A stretch of 64,000 nucleotides of DNA from Octopus vulgaris (lineage: Eukaryota), in NCBI GenBank assembly GCA_951406725.2, contig OX597823.1, forward strand, positions 73,346,001-73,410,000. Direction: 5' to 3'. Below are positions 1 through 12,650 of this stretch, piece after piece (within the stretch, counting starts at the first letter, position 1; each line of letters opens with the position of its first letter). The notes below the pieces were generated by a model. The model worked only from the letters and a program-made list of their open reading frames with translations, ran no database searches and was not told the DNA's origin. A program made the translations under genes and the position numbers.

Positions 1-246
1 CGAGAGGCGACTACCTCGAAACCGGTCCGTGTGTAACATCCGTATCTTCGGGGAGGCTGATCTCCCTTTACAGGCTAGCAAGGACACCGTGATGGTGTCG
101 GCTCTTCTAGTGACGTCTATAGTCGCCTGGGGCTAAATGCATCAGTAACACCCCCACCACCCCGCCCTGTCCCTAGCCACATTCAGATGGCTGATCCCGC
201 TTATATTACAGAGCAGTTACTGTTTATACCTCGCTCAGAGATTTAT

Positions 247-250
<4 letters not shown>
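1..250 (+). mobile_element. Penelope-like terminal-repeat fragment, starting with the 3' part of a minimal hammerhead
   Basis: Window starts CGA-GAGG-cgacta-CCTC-GAAA-CCGG-TC-cgtgtg (hammerhead core cut by the window edge). Its end (tactgtttatacctcgctcagagattta) resembles the end of the 1058-1321 arm. Confidence 0.5.
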
Positions 251-298
<48 letters not shown>

Positions 299-504
299 GG
301 AGGGTATCTAATAGATACTACCATGCTAGAGATAGCAGTCCAAACTTAACTCTAAAACCACTTCATGTATTCATACAGCACAAAATGAAAAGACACACAG
401 ACAAATAAACGAGCAAAAAATTATTGGATAATCCCAGATCCGGATTTCTGGATCAGTATAAAAACATACTCGGTCTCATCAGTGTGATATACACAGGTAA
501 TACA

Positions 505-534
<30 letters not shown>

Positions 535-535
<1 letters not shown>

Positions 536-680
536 GAGGACATCTCCGCTGTCTGTTCCGATTAATATTTGCGGGGGGAAATCATCGTTCCCATCTCGAG
601 CCTTGCGTGATACGCAGGGAACCGGGTTCGTGGGTAGCAACCCGTCATCAGTGTGTGATAATCATGTGCTAGTAATGAAC
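535..680 (-). mobile_element. Partial, more degenerate copy of the fold-back family at 757-1321
   Basis: gaggacatctcc...cccgtcatcagtgtgtgata is the reverse complement of part of 1058-1203. Confidence 0.7.
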
Positions 681-756
681 TTTCCTTCCACACGCAAAAA
701 TACTATATGATTTTTCCAGTGACACACTGTCGCTGATCTCAAAAAAGGAGAAATAC

Positions 757-1321
757 GCAATATTAAATCTCTGACCGAGAAGTAAACAGTAGCAGCACGG
801 AATCGTAAAATATAATTGCCAACTAAACGTGGGGGACCCATAGAAGACGATGCTACTGTTGTTTTTAGCCCCAGGAGGACCTCTCCTCCAGCTGGATAAC
901 GCCACACTGTCTGTCTGTGTCCGATTACTATTTGCGAGGGAAAATCATCTTTCCCATCTCTAGCCTTACATGATACACACAGACCCTGGTTTCTGAGTAG
1001 TAGCCCATCGTTAGTTTGTGATATGGCTTTTCCGAGTTTTCATCGCTAGTTCGTGTTTATCACACACTGATGACGGGTTACTACCCAGAAACCCGGGTCT
1101 GTGTGTATCACGTAAGGCTAGAGATGGGAACGATAATTCCCCCTCGCAAATACTAATCGGACACAGACAATGTGTCGTTCGCCAGCTGGGGGAGATGTCC
1201 TCCTGGGGCTAAAAACAACAGTATCATCGACGTCTATGAGACTGCTACATTTAGTTGGCAGTGATATTTTATGATTCTGTACTGCTACTGTTTACTTTCT
1301 CGCTCAAAGATTTAATGTTGC
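757..1321. mobile_element. Fold-back element with ~265-bp inverted arms (757-1023 / 1058-1321), Penelope-like inverted pseudo-LTR
   Basis: Arms are diverged reverse complements, e.g. gtttttagccccaggagga / tcctcctggggctaaaaac. The right arm carries a hammerhead motif. Confidence 0.7.
1061..1105 (+). ncRNA. Minimal type I hammerhead ribozyme motif
   Basis: cacaca-CTGATGA-c-GGGT-tact-ACCC-a-GAAA-cccggg-TC-tgtgtg: stem I cacaca/tgtgtg, canonical core, GUC site, palindromic stem III (ACCCGGGT). There is a C-A mismatch at the base of stem II. Confidence 0.7.
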
Positions 1322-1330
1322 CTATATATA

Positions 1331-1360
<30 letters not shown>

Positions 1361-1362
<2 letters not shown>

Positions 1363-1527
1363 ATAAAGAGTTATGAATGGTACAACAATGAACTATAATA
1401 CAAACAATGGGCTATATACTTGTTGTAATTTAGTCATCTATCAGACTATGGATGACTAAATTACAACAGGTATATAGCCCATTGTCTGTATTATAGTGCT
1501 TGTTGTACCATACAGAACTTTTTATTC
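1361..1527. repeat. Inverted repeat, ~80-bp arms, 6-nt loop
   Basis: acaatgggctatatacttgttgtaatttagtcatc / gatgactaaattacaacaggtatatagcccattgt. Confidence 0.85.
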
Positions 1528-1582
1528 TTTGCAAACAATACACAATGCTTCAAGCGAACTTCAATACTCTCCTATATATACA

Positions 1583-1650
1583 TAGCGTATTGGTTATCCA
1601 CATAGTGGTTTATCCCTAGCGTATTAGTTATCCACATAGTGGTTTATCCC
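1583..1650 (+). repeat. 34-bp tandem duplication
   Basis: tagcgtattRgttatccacatagtggtttatccc occurs twice. Confidence 0.85.
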
Positions 1651-1670
1651 TAAATATACACATGTATAAA

Positions 1671-1735
<65 letters not shown>

Positions 1736-2699
1736 TTGTGTTATAAGATATGGATTCAGACAATCGTGTGGCTAGTCCAGAAAGCTCCCCTTACGGTCCC
1801 ACCGTACAATCCACATAGTAAATTTAGCATAGCGTAGAGTGTCAATCGAGATGAGGAGCTTATAAACTATAAGTCCTAGGATTTATAAGAAGTGAATATA
1901 TATATTTATTTAACAACGTGACATCCCTAGGTTTACAACCGTTTCTCAAACTTCTAGAGATAGGGGACATAGAGAATAGTAATCCTAACAATATTTGACC
2001 AATGTAAGTGATAATGGAGATATTTATTAGTTCATACTAAAAATGTAGCATGATACTTAGTTTTCAAAATCCCACAATTCAACTTAAATATTTATGACAA
2101 AAATTCCTACTCTATTACTGAACAATTCAAATAGACAGAGGAGGTATAAAGAACCGAGATATTCGCTAGATAATTATTTAGGTTACGATGGAAATGTCAT
2201 TTGATCATTATTAAATAAAAATATTAGGAAAGAGTAGAAGACAGAGTCACATAACGAGAATTGTAATGTAAAACGTCATATATTATGTACTAAAGAAAAT
2301 ATCCTATTTTAAAAGAATTATTTTCCTTATATATTGAAAATTTAAATTTTTGTAATATGATTAAGATATATTACGAAAAACGAATTATAATAAAATAATA
2401 AAGTAAAAAAATAGGTTAAACAATAAAATATTAATTACTAGGTTATTAAAATATAAATTAAAAAGTAATAACAATAATAAAATATAAGCAATTACAGGAT
2501 TTTAAGAATAAAAGAACAACAACTCCAACATAATAGTACTTTACTTGGAACTACACGCATACATGATAAAGTACTGTCTATCTAATGTCCTTGTTCTGTC
2601 TTGACAGACAGTACAAGACCCCGGTGCACACAATATCTTCAATCTACAACGCCACAACATTGGATACAGCGCGACGTCTTCAATAGTAGTAGTAGTAGT

Positions 2700-2828
2700 C
2701 CTTTCTACTAAAGGCACAAGCCCTGAAATTTAGGGAGAGGGGACTAGTCGATTATGTGGACCTGTGTTTCACTGGTACTTAATTTATCGACTCCGAAATG
2801 ATGAAAGGCAAAGTCGACCTCGGCAACT
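2700..2828 (-). mobile_element. tRNA-derived SINE family 1, 3' part
   Basis: ggtacttaatttatcgactccgaaatgatgaaaggcaaagtcgacctcggc matches the many other copies in the window. Confidence 0.8.
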
Positions 2829-2836
2829 GAATAGTA

Positions 2837-2901
<65 letters not shown>

Positions 2902-3039
2902 TAGAAGATTCAGATAACTAAAACAATTAGATAAAAATGGTAGATTAAATAGAAATTAGGGTAACTACTAAATAATACGAATTGGATTAAGTATATTGAA
3001 TATCCTGGACTGAGAATGACAAAACCTGTATATCATGGT

Positions 3040-3510
3040 AGTGTGTATAGGGCGAACACGCCTCGGTAAAAATGCTAGATCTTACAGGATTGATGGGTTG
3101 AGCGAAGATCTAATCACCCACTCCCGTAAAAATTGAGTTGATTACAGAAAACGCATCAGTTCAAAACCTGATTGACTCTGGCTAAGCTGTGATCGTGGAT
3201 GGGATAGCAGCCGAACACCGAATGACGCCTGGCTCACAAAGCCCAGCGGCCGGTCAGGTCATTGGCAACGCCAAAACCCACAACCTATATAGGGTGCTGG
3301 AACATAAGAACAATCCTTACTGCAGCCAGTGTAACGGAGAGGTATAAACCAGACGTGCTAGCCTTGAGTGACACCAGATGGAAAGGACCAATGACGGGTA
3401 AATGAGACGAAAAGAGTGGTGAATGAGACTAGAACGGTGGCAGAAAACAGCTGGTTAGAAAGATCGCATCGCGACATTGCGCTCCGTGGTAAGGAGAGAA
3501 CTAACACTAA
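3040..3510 (+). mobile_element. Internally deleted RTE-like LINE remnant (AP-endonuclease N-terminus plus probable 3' end)
   Basis: 3262-3405 translates LATPKPTTYIGCWNIRTI...RYKPDVLALSDTRWKG, matching the APE WNVRT and LSETRW motifs. Confidence 0.6.
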
Positions 3511-4299
3511 ACAGTATGCCAGTTACTTGCTGAGGTTTTAACGGTTCTTCTATGTAAATCTGCAAATCGTAACAAAGTCGTTACACTAATATCTATTTCA
3601 TCTAATTACTTATCGAATTATTTTGGATACCTTAATTTTCTAATTATTAATAATATTATTATTTTGTAGTCGGTAATATTCTCATTATTATTAGTAGTAG
3701 TTGTAATATTAGCAGCAGCAGTAGCAGTAGTATTTATAATATTAGCAGCAGCAGTAGTAGTAATATTAGCAGCAGCAGCAGCAGTAGTGATTTTAGCAGC
3801 AGCAGTAGCAGTATATTAGCAGCAGCAGTAGTAGTAGTGATAGTAGTAGTGGTAATATTAGCAGCAGCAGCAGTTGTTGTTGTTGTTGTTGCAGTTGTAA
3901 TATTAGCAGCAGCAGCAGCTGTTGTTGTTGTTGTTGTTGTTGTTGTATTGGTGGTGGTGGTAGTGGTGGTGGTTTATTATTATTTTAACTTTTTACAATT
4001 CTATAAATAGTTTAATTATTAATATCAATTTTAATATATCTCCACTACTTTTTAATTTATTTTTATTTTTTAATATTTCATACTTTATCGCATTTTGCCA
4101 TCTTTATTGTAATCATGTTACAATTATTTTAAATTTCATTACTCATTCTTCTCAGAAAAATAATTCTTTTAAAATAGAATATCTTCTCTAGTAAATAGTA
4201 TATTGGTTATTCACCTCTAGAAATTTCACTAATGACTTTTGTCTTCTACTCGTAGATAATATCAATATCTAATAAGACGACAAATTCGCAAAATGGTTA

Positions 4300-4470
4300 A
4301 CCCGTCCGTAAATATGCTTAGCGGCAATTCGTCCGTCTTTTATTCTGAGGTCAAATTTGACATTCATCCTTTCAGGGTCGTTAAAATAAGTACCAGTTGA
4401 ACACTGAAATCGAGGTAATCAACTTATCTCTCCCCTAAAATAGGTGGTTTGTACCAAAATTCGAAACCAA
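4300..4470 (+). mobile_element. SINE family 1, degenerate
   Basis: tgcttagcggcaattcgtcc...ttcatcctttcagggtcgttaaaataagtaccagttg. Confidence 0.75.
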
Positions 4471-4695
4471 TGTTTATATATAATATTGATCACGTGACAT
4501 TTCCAACGTAATCTAAATAATTTCCTACAGAATATTTTTCGGCGATCTTTCGATATGGGAAACGTTATGTATGGCTTCCGTGATACACACACACGCAGGT
4601 TGTTATGTATGTATGTATGTATGTATGAGTGAATGGCTTCAGGGACACACACACACACATATGCCAACTTCAAAAGAATTTCCCTGATCAAAGCA

Positions 4696-4768
<73 letters not shown>

Positions 4769-6977
4769 GCTTTTACGCCGACTTCAAAAGATCCATTTTC
4801 CCTCCAACCCCATATGTAAGAAAATAAATATTTTTGTACGGAAACTGCCGATATTATTCAGAAAAGTAAAATAAACACACGTGATTTTATAAGTGACAGT
4901 TTTGTTACTAGTACCGTAAGATAGCCTACTTTTCTTCTACACACCTCCACTAATTATTTGAATTGACCAGTAATAGATTAAGCGGGTAGGGAGTGTTGCC
5001 ATAAATATTCTTCAGTTTCACGGGTAGGGTTTAAGAAACTAAGTATCATATTTTATTTCTAGTCTGACCTCTTAAATATTATTCCTAAAGATGTTTGCTA
5101 CTCTAACCCCTATACTGATGAAATATCGTTAGCTTTACAACTATCTCCCGCAAAATATTCTCTGTCCTAGGCTTTGTCGTAAAAATATAATGATGAACAA
5201 AATCTTCGGTACTGCTACCAACGCCATCTTTATGAATTACCCTAATGCTTTCTTTATAATTTTATTTAATCTTCATTGACTAATGCAATCTTTGTCAATA
5301 GAAACCAGATGCAAGCAAAATTTTCCTACATCTTTTGGTGGAGCTAATCCATCAATGCGGATTGCATGTATAAGAGAAAAACCTTCAAAGTTTGTCCGTA
5401 ATGCAAGGTCTGGTTAAATAGTTGCGTTTCGAAAGTGGGATGAATCGGATTTCTACGATTAAGGGAAACTCAATGAAAATGCACATAGCCATATCTGCGC
5501 AGTGCTCTGCAACGATGCTTAGACTGCTTTGAGTTCTCAGAGTCTCAACAAGGATTAACTGACATTTTAAATGGCAGTTTAACAAGAAAATTCAAAGAGT
5601 GATGTTGCAAATATGGCCTTTCCAAAATTCTTATAGCCATTCTAAATGCATAAAATCACGAAATACCCTTAGGAAAGGTGAGGAAAAAGAATAAGAATTA
5701 TGTGCGAACAAATTCCTGTGGGAGTGGCTTAGTCACCTGCCACGATTTACACTAATTAGTTTGCATTAGTCATCAACTACCTTAAACATTGCGGATGCTG
5801 GAGAGTCAAATTGTAAAACAACACGCTACATGATGCGATAGATTTCTATGAATCCTATTGATCTTACTTGTCAGGCAATAGTTTTAACATATGAAAGCAA
5901 TGAAGTAGGAAAAAAAGTTACTTTGATGTCAATAATAAATATAGAAATGAAAGTGGTTGTAGATGCCCTGCAGAATAAATGGGCTGACCTGAGACATATA
6001 ATCCATCGAGGCAAGCGAGATATAGTGATGAAAGAAATTTGGAAATTCGCTAGCTTAAGAAAGAGGAACATGCAAGTTAGGAGTAGCAGTGAGAAGCCAA
6101 TGAGCATGCGTAGTATTACATGGAAGAGGGGTGAGCAAAGAAGCTATGAGGCTTCTATTTCTCCTAAGAGAGAAGTACATGTTTCTTTTACCGAGAAACA
6201 TTAAGTGTTTGAGACTGTTTAACACTGTTCATTATCAGCGGAGAGGAAGCCGTATATCATCATTAAGTATATCCAAGCAGCATGAAAGCCAGTAGATGTT
6301 TGGCAGTATAATCGAGTGTTGAATAGTCTTACTGGTGCGCTAAAATAGCAATACAGCAACATCAATATGATGAGAATCAACCTCAACTGCACCCATTTGT
6401 TTTCCACGAACAGGATGAAAACAAGCAACACAGATCAGTGAACAAATGAAAGTCAAGAATCAGACTGATCAACAGAGTTAATGACTGAAAAGTGTAAGCA
6501 ACTTTGAAGAAAATGCTTGTATTCTAATACTATATTAGAATAGCGAAGAAACGCCTTGATGTTATGGCATACTGTGAATCGACAAAAAGTGCGTAACTAT
6601 TGCGCTACGGATATCTTAAGAACATAACGTCAAGCAGATATATGAAAATATGAAAGGAAAAGTAAAATATGAAAGGAAAAGTATGAAAGGACAAGATGCC
6701 GTGTGAAGCACAGCATTACCAGTGTCAGTGATATTAGTCCGTAGCATAAGATCAGAGTGTGACTTCGTTTATCTGCGATGCCTTTAAAACACAAGCGTTT
6801 CCTTCAAATTTTGTCACACATTTCAATAACTTGCATCATTCAGAAGTTTACGTCTCAGCTTCTCTTACAGTGTCCGTTTTTGCCCTCCTTGTAAAAATAA
6901 GTAAAACAACGGCAAAGATTGTCAAGAGTTGGTAGAGTGAAACACAATGTCTTACATAGCATGAAATATACTTAAGA

Positions 6978-7433
6978 CTAGCTATTCTGACCCGTGCTTC
7001 GCTTGGGTTTTGGTGGTGGTGTTGTTTTGTGCGTGTTGTCTCCTTTTCCTTTTCTTCTTTTGTTCGACTTATTTGCCTGGTTCTTTTTATTGCCCTCTTC
7101 TTTACTCCTCCTTTCCAAAACCCCCAAAGTTTTACACCCACAATTAAAGATAGCCGCCTCTAGCCCCTGCAGCAACACGAAAAGCCACCATTCTTCAAAC
7201 AGCACAAACTGTCTATCCCATAAAATTCAATTTTTCCCATATTCCTCACCACGGCAACCAAACGGTAGCCCCGAGCGACTTGCAACCCTGCTCACACCAT
7301 TGCCCACCCCATTTTACCCTCCAGTGTAAATTTTGGCGCCAATCCGACTCCATCAAACCGTTCCCATCCGAAAATGAGACAAATAACCAAGAAATCAAAC
7401 AACTTTTTCGCATTTCAGCTATATAGATATTGA
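6978..7433 (-). mobile_element. Non-autonomous Helitron-like element
   Basis: Minus strand starts a|TCaatatctatatag and ends cccaagcgaagcacggg-tcagaatag-CTAG|t (subterminal hairpin, CTAG, A|T target). Confidence 0.6.
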
Positions 7434-8038
7434 TGAATAACAGGGCGATGATTCATGAGCTGCCGAAGGAAACGGAGAATTCTTCCTCCTATACATTTGA
7501 GAAAAGAGAAAACCTGGGAGCAAACCACTCACAGACAAGTAAAACGAGTTAAATTAGTAAACAAAGTAGCCGCTACCTTGTGGTGATTGTATTGATAACA
7601 GTTGTGATGATTGTATTGATAACAGTAAAGCAAATTAGGTGGAATGAACTGCAAATAATCCTCATAACCGCAATAGTTCTCACCCCCGTGGAGAGAACGA
7701 TATTAAAAGAATCTACTGAAATTATTGCGATCTACAGTTGATTTCTGATTAAAGTAATATCCTACTGTGCACATTGTGATATATGATATAGAAAAAACGA
7801 TATTATAATTGAATATAATTGTCTATTAAAAAGTTCCAAACACCTGATCACTAATAATGCTTTATATGTATCTCTATAGATGTATCTTTGTGTAAGTTAC
7901 AATATAAATATATACATTTACATATTTATATATACATATGTGTGTGTATGCAAGCGTGTTTGTGTGGATGTATATATAAGCATACATAAGTATATGCGTG
8001 TATAGCTATTTCAGTATACGTATCTATCTATCTATCTA

Positions 8039-8097
<59 letters not shown>

Positions 8098-8357
8098 ATC
8101 TATATATGCATATATATATATATATATCCATCTATATATATATATCCATCTATATATATATATGTGTGTGTGTGTGTGATATATGCATAGGTATATGTAT
8201 ATATATATATATATGTATGTATATGTATATATATATATGCATATGTGTATATATTGTATGTATATATGTATATATATGTGTGTGTGTGTACATGTATAAT
8301 ATATATATATATATGTCGTCGTCGTCGTTGTGGTTGTTGTTGTTATTGTTATTGATA

Positions 8358-8425
<68 letters not shown>

Positions 8426-8716
8426 GTTATTGTTATAGAAATGATTGCAGTCTTCTTTCGGGGCATAATTGTGTTTTAGAACAAGAAAAGTTAAAAACGT
8501 CTTCACACAGAGGTTCTCTCAAAGGTGTTATATACTTTGTATACTTATAATCTACTCACATACTTTGTATATTTCTTTGGCATATTAATGTCTAAATTTG
8601 GCAAAACTTAGCATAATCAAAATTAAATATAATATAATGCACATGTGCGCGTATAGTATATGAGTCTATGCGTATGCAGACATACCTGTATTTCTCTCTC
8701 TATCTCTCTTCCTCTA

Positions 8717-8748
<32 letters not shown>

Positions 8749-8834
8749 CGTGTATAACCTGACTGTCTATACACAGACAGAGATGCTAAACAAAATAATA
8801 CCAGTTGCCAAGCGGTGGTGACGGACTAACACAG

Positions 8835-8867
<33 letters not shown>

Positions 8868-8974
8868 TATATACATAAACCTACGTACATACATGCATGC
8901 GTGCCTCCAGGCATACATGCATACATGCATACATATATATATATACATTGAAATAATTTTCTTTAGCCCTCATA

Positions 8975-9031
<57 letters not shown>

Positions 9032-9064
9032 GTATATATATATATTTATTTATACACACATACA

Positions 9065-9097
<33 letters not shown>

Positions 9098-9100
9098 CTA

Positions 9101-9352
9101 TATCTATACAATATGTTACATTACTCGGTAGTCAAGATAAAACTCTGAGTTTCAGATGCCGAAGTGGAAATCCACAACACCATCTCTTCGGTGAGATAAC
9201 CGAAGAGATGGTGTTGTGGATTTCCACTTCGGCATCTGAAACTCAGAGTTTTATCTTGACTACCGAGTAATGTAACATATTGTATAGATAAATTTCCTCT
9301 ATTTACATAATATTGAGGTCTCTTTCTTTCTTTTGTTATCTTACCGTTTTAT

Positions 9353-9356
<4 letters not shown>
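9101..9356 (+). mobile_element. Perfect 92-bp-arm hairpin plus unpaired tail, Penelope-like, with hammerhead-like motif at 9194-9256
   Basis: 9101-9192 is the exact reverse complement of 9199-9290. The tail 9291-9356 recurs inverted at 14355-14419. Confidence 0.75.
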
Positions 9357-9405
<49 letters not shown>

Positions 9406-9774
9406 CATACATATATATGTATATATATATACATATATATGTATATATGCGCTTGAAATTCGTTGTACGTTCACGCTGTTGCGAATACACGTTACAGTGT
9501 AGCATCTTGGTCAAATGATATTTTGTATTGCCCTTGGTCAAGCCATAACTTGTGAGTGTAACTGAGCAAACAGTAACTCTATAAAAGACCGTTGGACAGA
9601 TTGTACCTGTAATTCACACGGTATAGATTTTCACACATTGTGTAGAAATAGTTATACTCAAGAATTACGTTAAAGCTTCACGTGTCTATAGAAGGCTTAC
9701 ATGTTCATTGAGAAAAAGTTAATTCAATTGATCAAACTGCCGACAAACAGAATTAAACATATACACATATACAC

Positions 9775-10182
9775 AGGCACACGTATGGCTGTGTGATAAC
9801 AAGCTTGCTTCCCAACAACTTGGTTCCGGGTTCAGTCCCACTGCGTGGCACCTTGGACAAGTGTCTTCTACTATAGCCTCTGGCTGACTAGAGCTTTGTG
9901 AGTGGATTTGGTAGATGGAAACTGAAAGAAGTCCCTCATACATATGTATATATATATGTGTGTATGTGTGTGTTTGTGTGTGTTGTCCCGTCCCCACATC
10001 GCTTGACAACCGATTTTGGGGTGTTTACCTCCCCCTAAAACAGCGGTTCGGCCAAAATGGCCGATAAATTAAGTACTAAGCTTACAAACAATAAGTCTTG
10101 GGGGTCGATTCGTTCGACTAAAAGCGGTGCTCCAGCTTGGCTGCAGTCAAATGATCGAAACAAGTAAAAGGGTAAAAGGGTA
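9775..10182 (+). mobile_element. tRNA-derived SINE family 2 with internal microsatellite
   Basis: tggctgtgtg...ggttcagtccc (A/B-box-like), accttggacaagtgtcttctac, and 3' gcggtgctccagc...gaaacaagtaaaag. Further copies at ~13727-13920(-), 49690-49900(-), 49960-50010(-), 51232-51380(-), 53165-53325(+). Confidence 0.85.
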
Positions 10183-10581
10183 CTGACACTCCAAATATTT
10201 TCCACCAGAGATAGATGCACCAGAAATAGATGCACATATTTGGGTGTATGCATCGACAGTCCCAACATAACACCAACTTAACTACATATTTACAAACTGC
10301 GGGAACTCAAGTCAAAAAGTCTTGTTTTGTTAGCGACCGGCTTGAGCTCTCTCAAAGACTTAACAAAACTCAAAGAAAAAATCATACATATATCATACAT
10401 ACATACATAAATACTGATGTGTCGGTGAGGCGACAGAAGGCGTTTGGAGTCTCGTGTAGCAGTAGTCGAAGTATGTTGCTTTACCTCCGCTTCGTTAGAT
10501 CATATATTTCATATATTCATACGCAAGGATATAGAACGAACGAACATACATACATACATACATACATACGCGCGCACACAC

Positions 10582-10624
<43 letters not shown>

Positions 10625-10699
10625 AACAAACAAACAGAATGTGTCCTGAATATATTTAACAGAAGTTATCCATTCGCTAAATCGAAGCAGAAATTTTAC

Positions 10700-11160
10700 T
10701 TTCTTGCTGCCTCAAGTTTTATCAGTTTGTAGTTGAATGATTTTACAAGAGGCTTACTTTCATGTTTACATTTCATCAGTACATTGTATAGTTTCTTCAC
10801 TATCACAAACAATAAAAAATAAATTTTTTTCTATATTTCTTCATCAAGTAGAAGAGACATCTTTATTTTGTCCGTTGGTGATTGCAATTTTGACAATGAA
10901 TCAAAATCCTACAGCACTATTTATCCATTCTCCTTTATTCTCTGGGCGTAAATAGATATCAAGATTAGAAAAATATTACGATTTCATTACTTTCCCAGTT
11001 GAGATGATTGCGTAAGCTAGTTCTGCCTATTTTTAAACGTGCTTTTTGTTAAACCATTGTTGCTGAAATATTATAACGCTTCGTTTTAACATTTTAGCTC
11101 CAGTGCTAAAGTGTTAATTGGACATACGTCTTTCAGTGAACATGTATTTGACTCACAGCT
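10700..11160 (-). pseudogene. Possible highly decayed Penelope GIY-YIG C-terminal remnant
   Basis: Minus-strand fragments RCLFYLMKK and LMKCKHESKPLV resemble the PLE CxLCLxEK...KCRH terminus; many stops. Confidence 0.35.
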
Positions 11161-11365
11161 ATCTATATCAGATCCTGGATTCGAGTTACTATTACATATT
11201 AATTATTTGTATTTAATGCTTTGTGTGTAGTGAGTCGTTGCAGGTGTGTGAATATCAAATTATGCGTACTAAATTTAGTTAACTAATTTGTGAGTTATTT
11301 TCAACAGCACCTTGATACTGGAATGACCTGACTCCCAGTTACATACACACACATATAGACATGTA

Positions 11366-12605
11366 TGCGGTTTTTTTTAATTGCCCGAACTAAAAATCAG
11401 AATTGGGTGGGATAAACTACCTGCAGCAATGTGCTATAAAAGCAGGTAGTAATTTTACTTTGTACTTATTCTTAGTTCAAGTTTTGAAAAGTGCAGTTCA
11501 ATTTTAAGTTATTTTTTCAAAGCTATACTAGAAGTGACAAAGGAGCATATTCGGCATATTTAGCTTTATGAGTTCAATAAAGGCAACAACGTAAGGGAAA
11601 GTGCGAGGAATATTAATGCAGTATATGAGGACCGGACAATAAGCGTAAGCCAGTGTCAATGGTGGATCCAGAAATTCCGAGCCGGAGACTACAGCCTAAA
11701 AGATGAGTCTCATCCTGGAAGATCTATAAAGCTCGACGAGGACGTCCTGCAATCCCGGGTGGAACAAAATCGTAACTGTTGAGGAACAGGCAGAGATGCT
11801 TGGATTTCGTCATTCAACTATTCATTGACACCTGTGTGCCATCGGAAAGGTCAGAAAATTGGGTCAATGTATTCCTCACAAACTTTCCTAGTCTAATCGC
11901 GCGCAGAGAGTGAATATGTGCTCTTCTTTGCTGCCAGGTTTCACGAATAAACCATTTTTGAACCGAATAGTGTCTGGTGACGAGAAGTGGGTTCTCTATA
12001 AAAATGTCAAACGCCGTAGACAGTGGGTAGGGAAAGGGGAAACACCGACATCCCAGGCTAAAGAAGGTCTTCACACACGTAAGGTGTTGCTATCTGTTTA
12101 GTGGGACATATGAAAGCTTTATTCCACTTTGAACTTTTAAACCCAAGCCAAAATATAACAAAGGAAATCTTCTGCGAACGTTTTGAGCGACTTCAGTCAG
12201 CGCTAGAAGAACAACCATCTTTGGTTTCAAGACGAAGGGTGTTCTTCCATCAAGATAATGCTTGGCTACATACAGCGAGGATGACACTCCAAAGGCTGGA
12301 GCAGTTTGAATGGGAACCGATGCCCCACCCACCATATTCGCCGCACATTGCCCCATCTGATTATCATGTACTTCGCAGTCTTCAAATCATCTGGCCGGAA
12401 AAAATATGTATTCCATAGACAAGGTTAGAAGTTTCGTCACTGACAAGTGAATTTTGGAAGAGGCCTTGAAAATCTACCAGATAGATGGAAAAGCATTGTA
12501 GAAAATGAAGGAGCGTATATTTTAGATTAAGAAAAAAATGTGTTTACTTTAATTTTGAAAAATAAAAGAAATATAAAAAACCGCATTATTTACGGAATGA
12601 CCCTA
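11366..12605 (+). mobile_element. Decayed near-full-length mariner (DD34D) transposon
   Basis: HTH region, IVSGDEKWVLY, FHQDNA and HPPYSPHIAPSDYH motifs broken by stops and frameshifts. Right TIR aaaaccgcattatttacggaatgaccc+TA; left TIR only partial (atgcggtttt). Confidence 0.93.
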
Positions 12606-12607
12606 TA

Positions 12608-12647
<40 letters not shown>

Positions 12648-12650
<3 letters not shown>

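Larger units (their letters stand above)
2210..4275. repeat. Old, large AT-rich inverted duplication (outer arms ~2210-2480 / ~3975-4275; inner arms ~2890-2965 / ~3583-3660)
   Basis: tattttaaaagaattatttt vs aaaataattcttttaaaata, gagtagaagaca vs tgtcttctactc, and inner taattagaagatt...tagattaaataga vs tctatttcatcta...ttttctaatta. Confidence 0.65.

Noticed and set aside
7998-8506. Long ORFs rich in YI, CV, HT, poly-L, poly-I or poly-N, here and throughout (e.g. 23346-24155, 34627-35277, 62789-63419)
   Set aside because: Translations of stop-free microsatellites; no coding evidence.
10412-10446. ctgatg-tgtcg...cgaca-gaag as a hammerhead
   Set aside because: Lacks A9, GAAA and stem I pairing.
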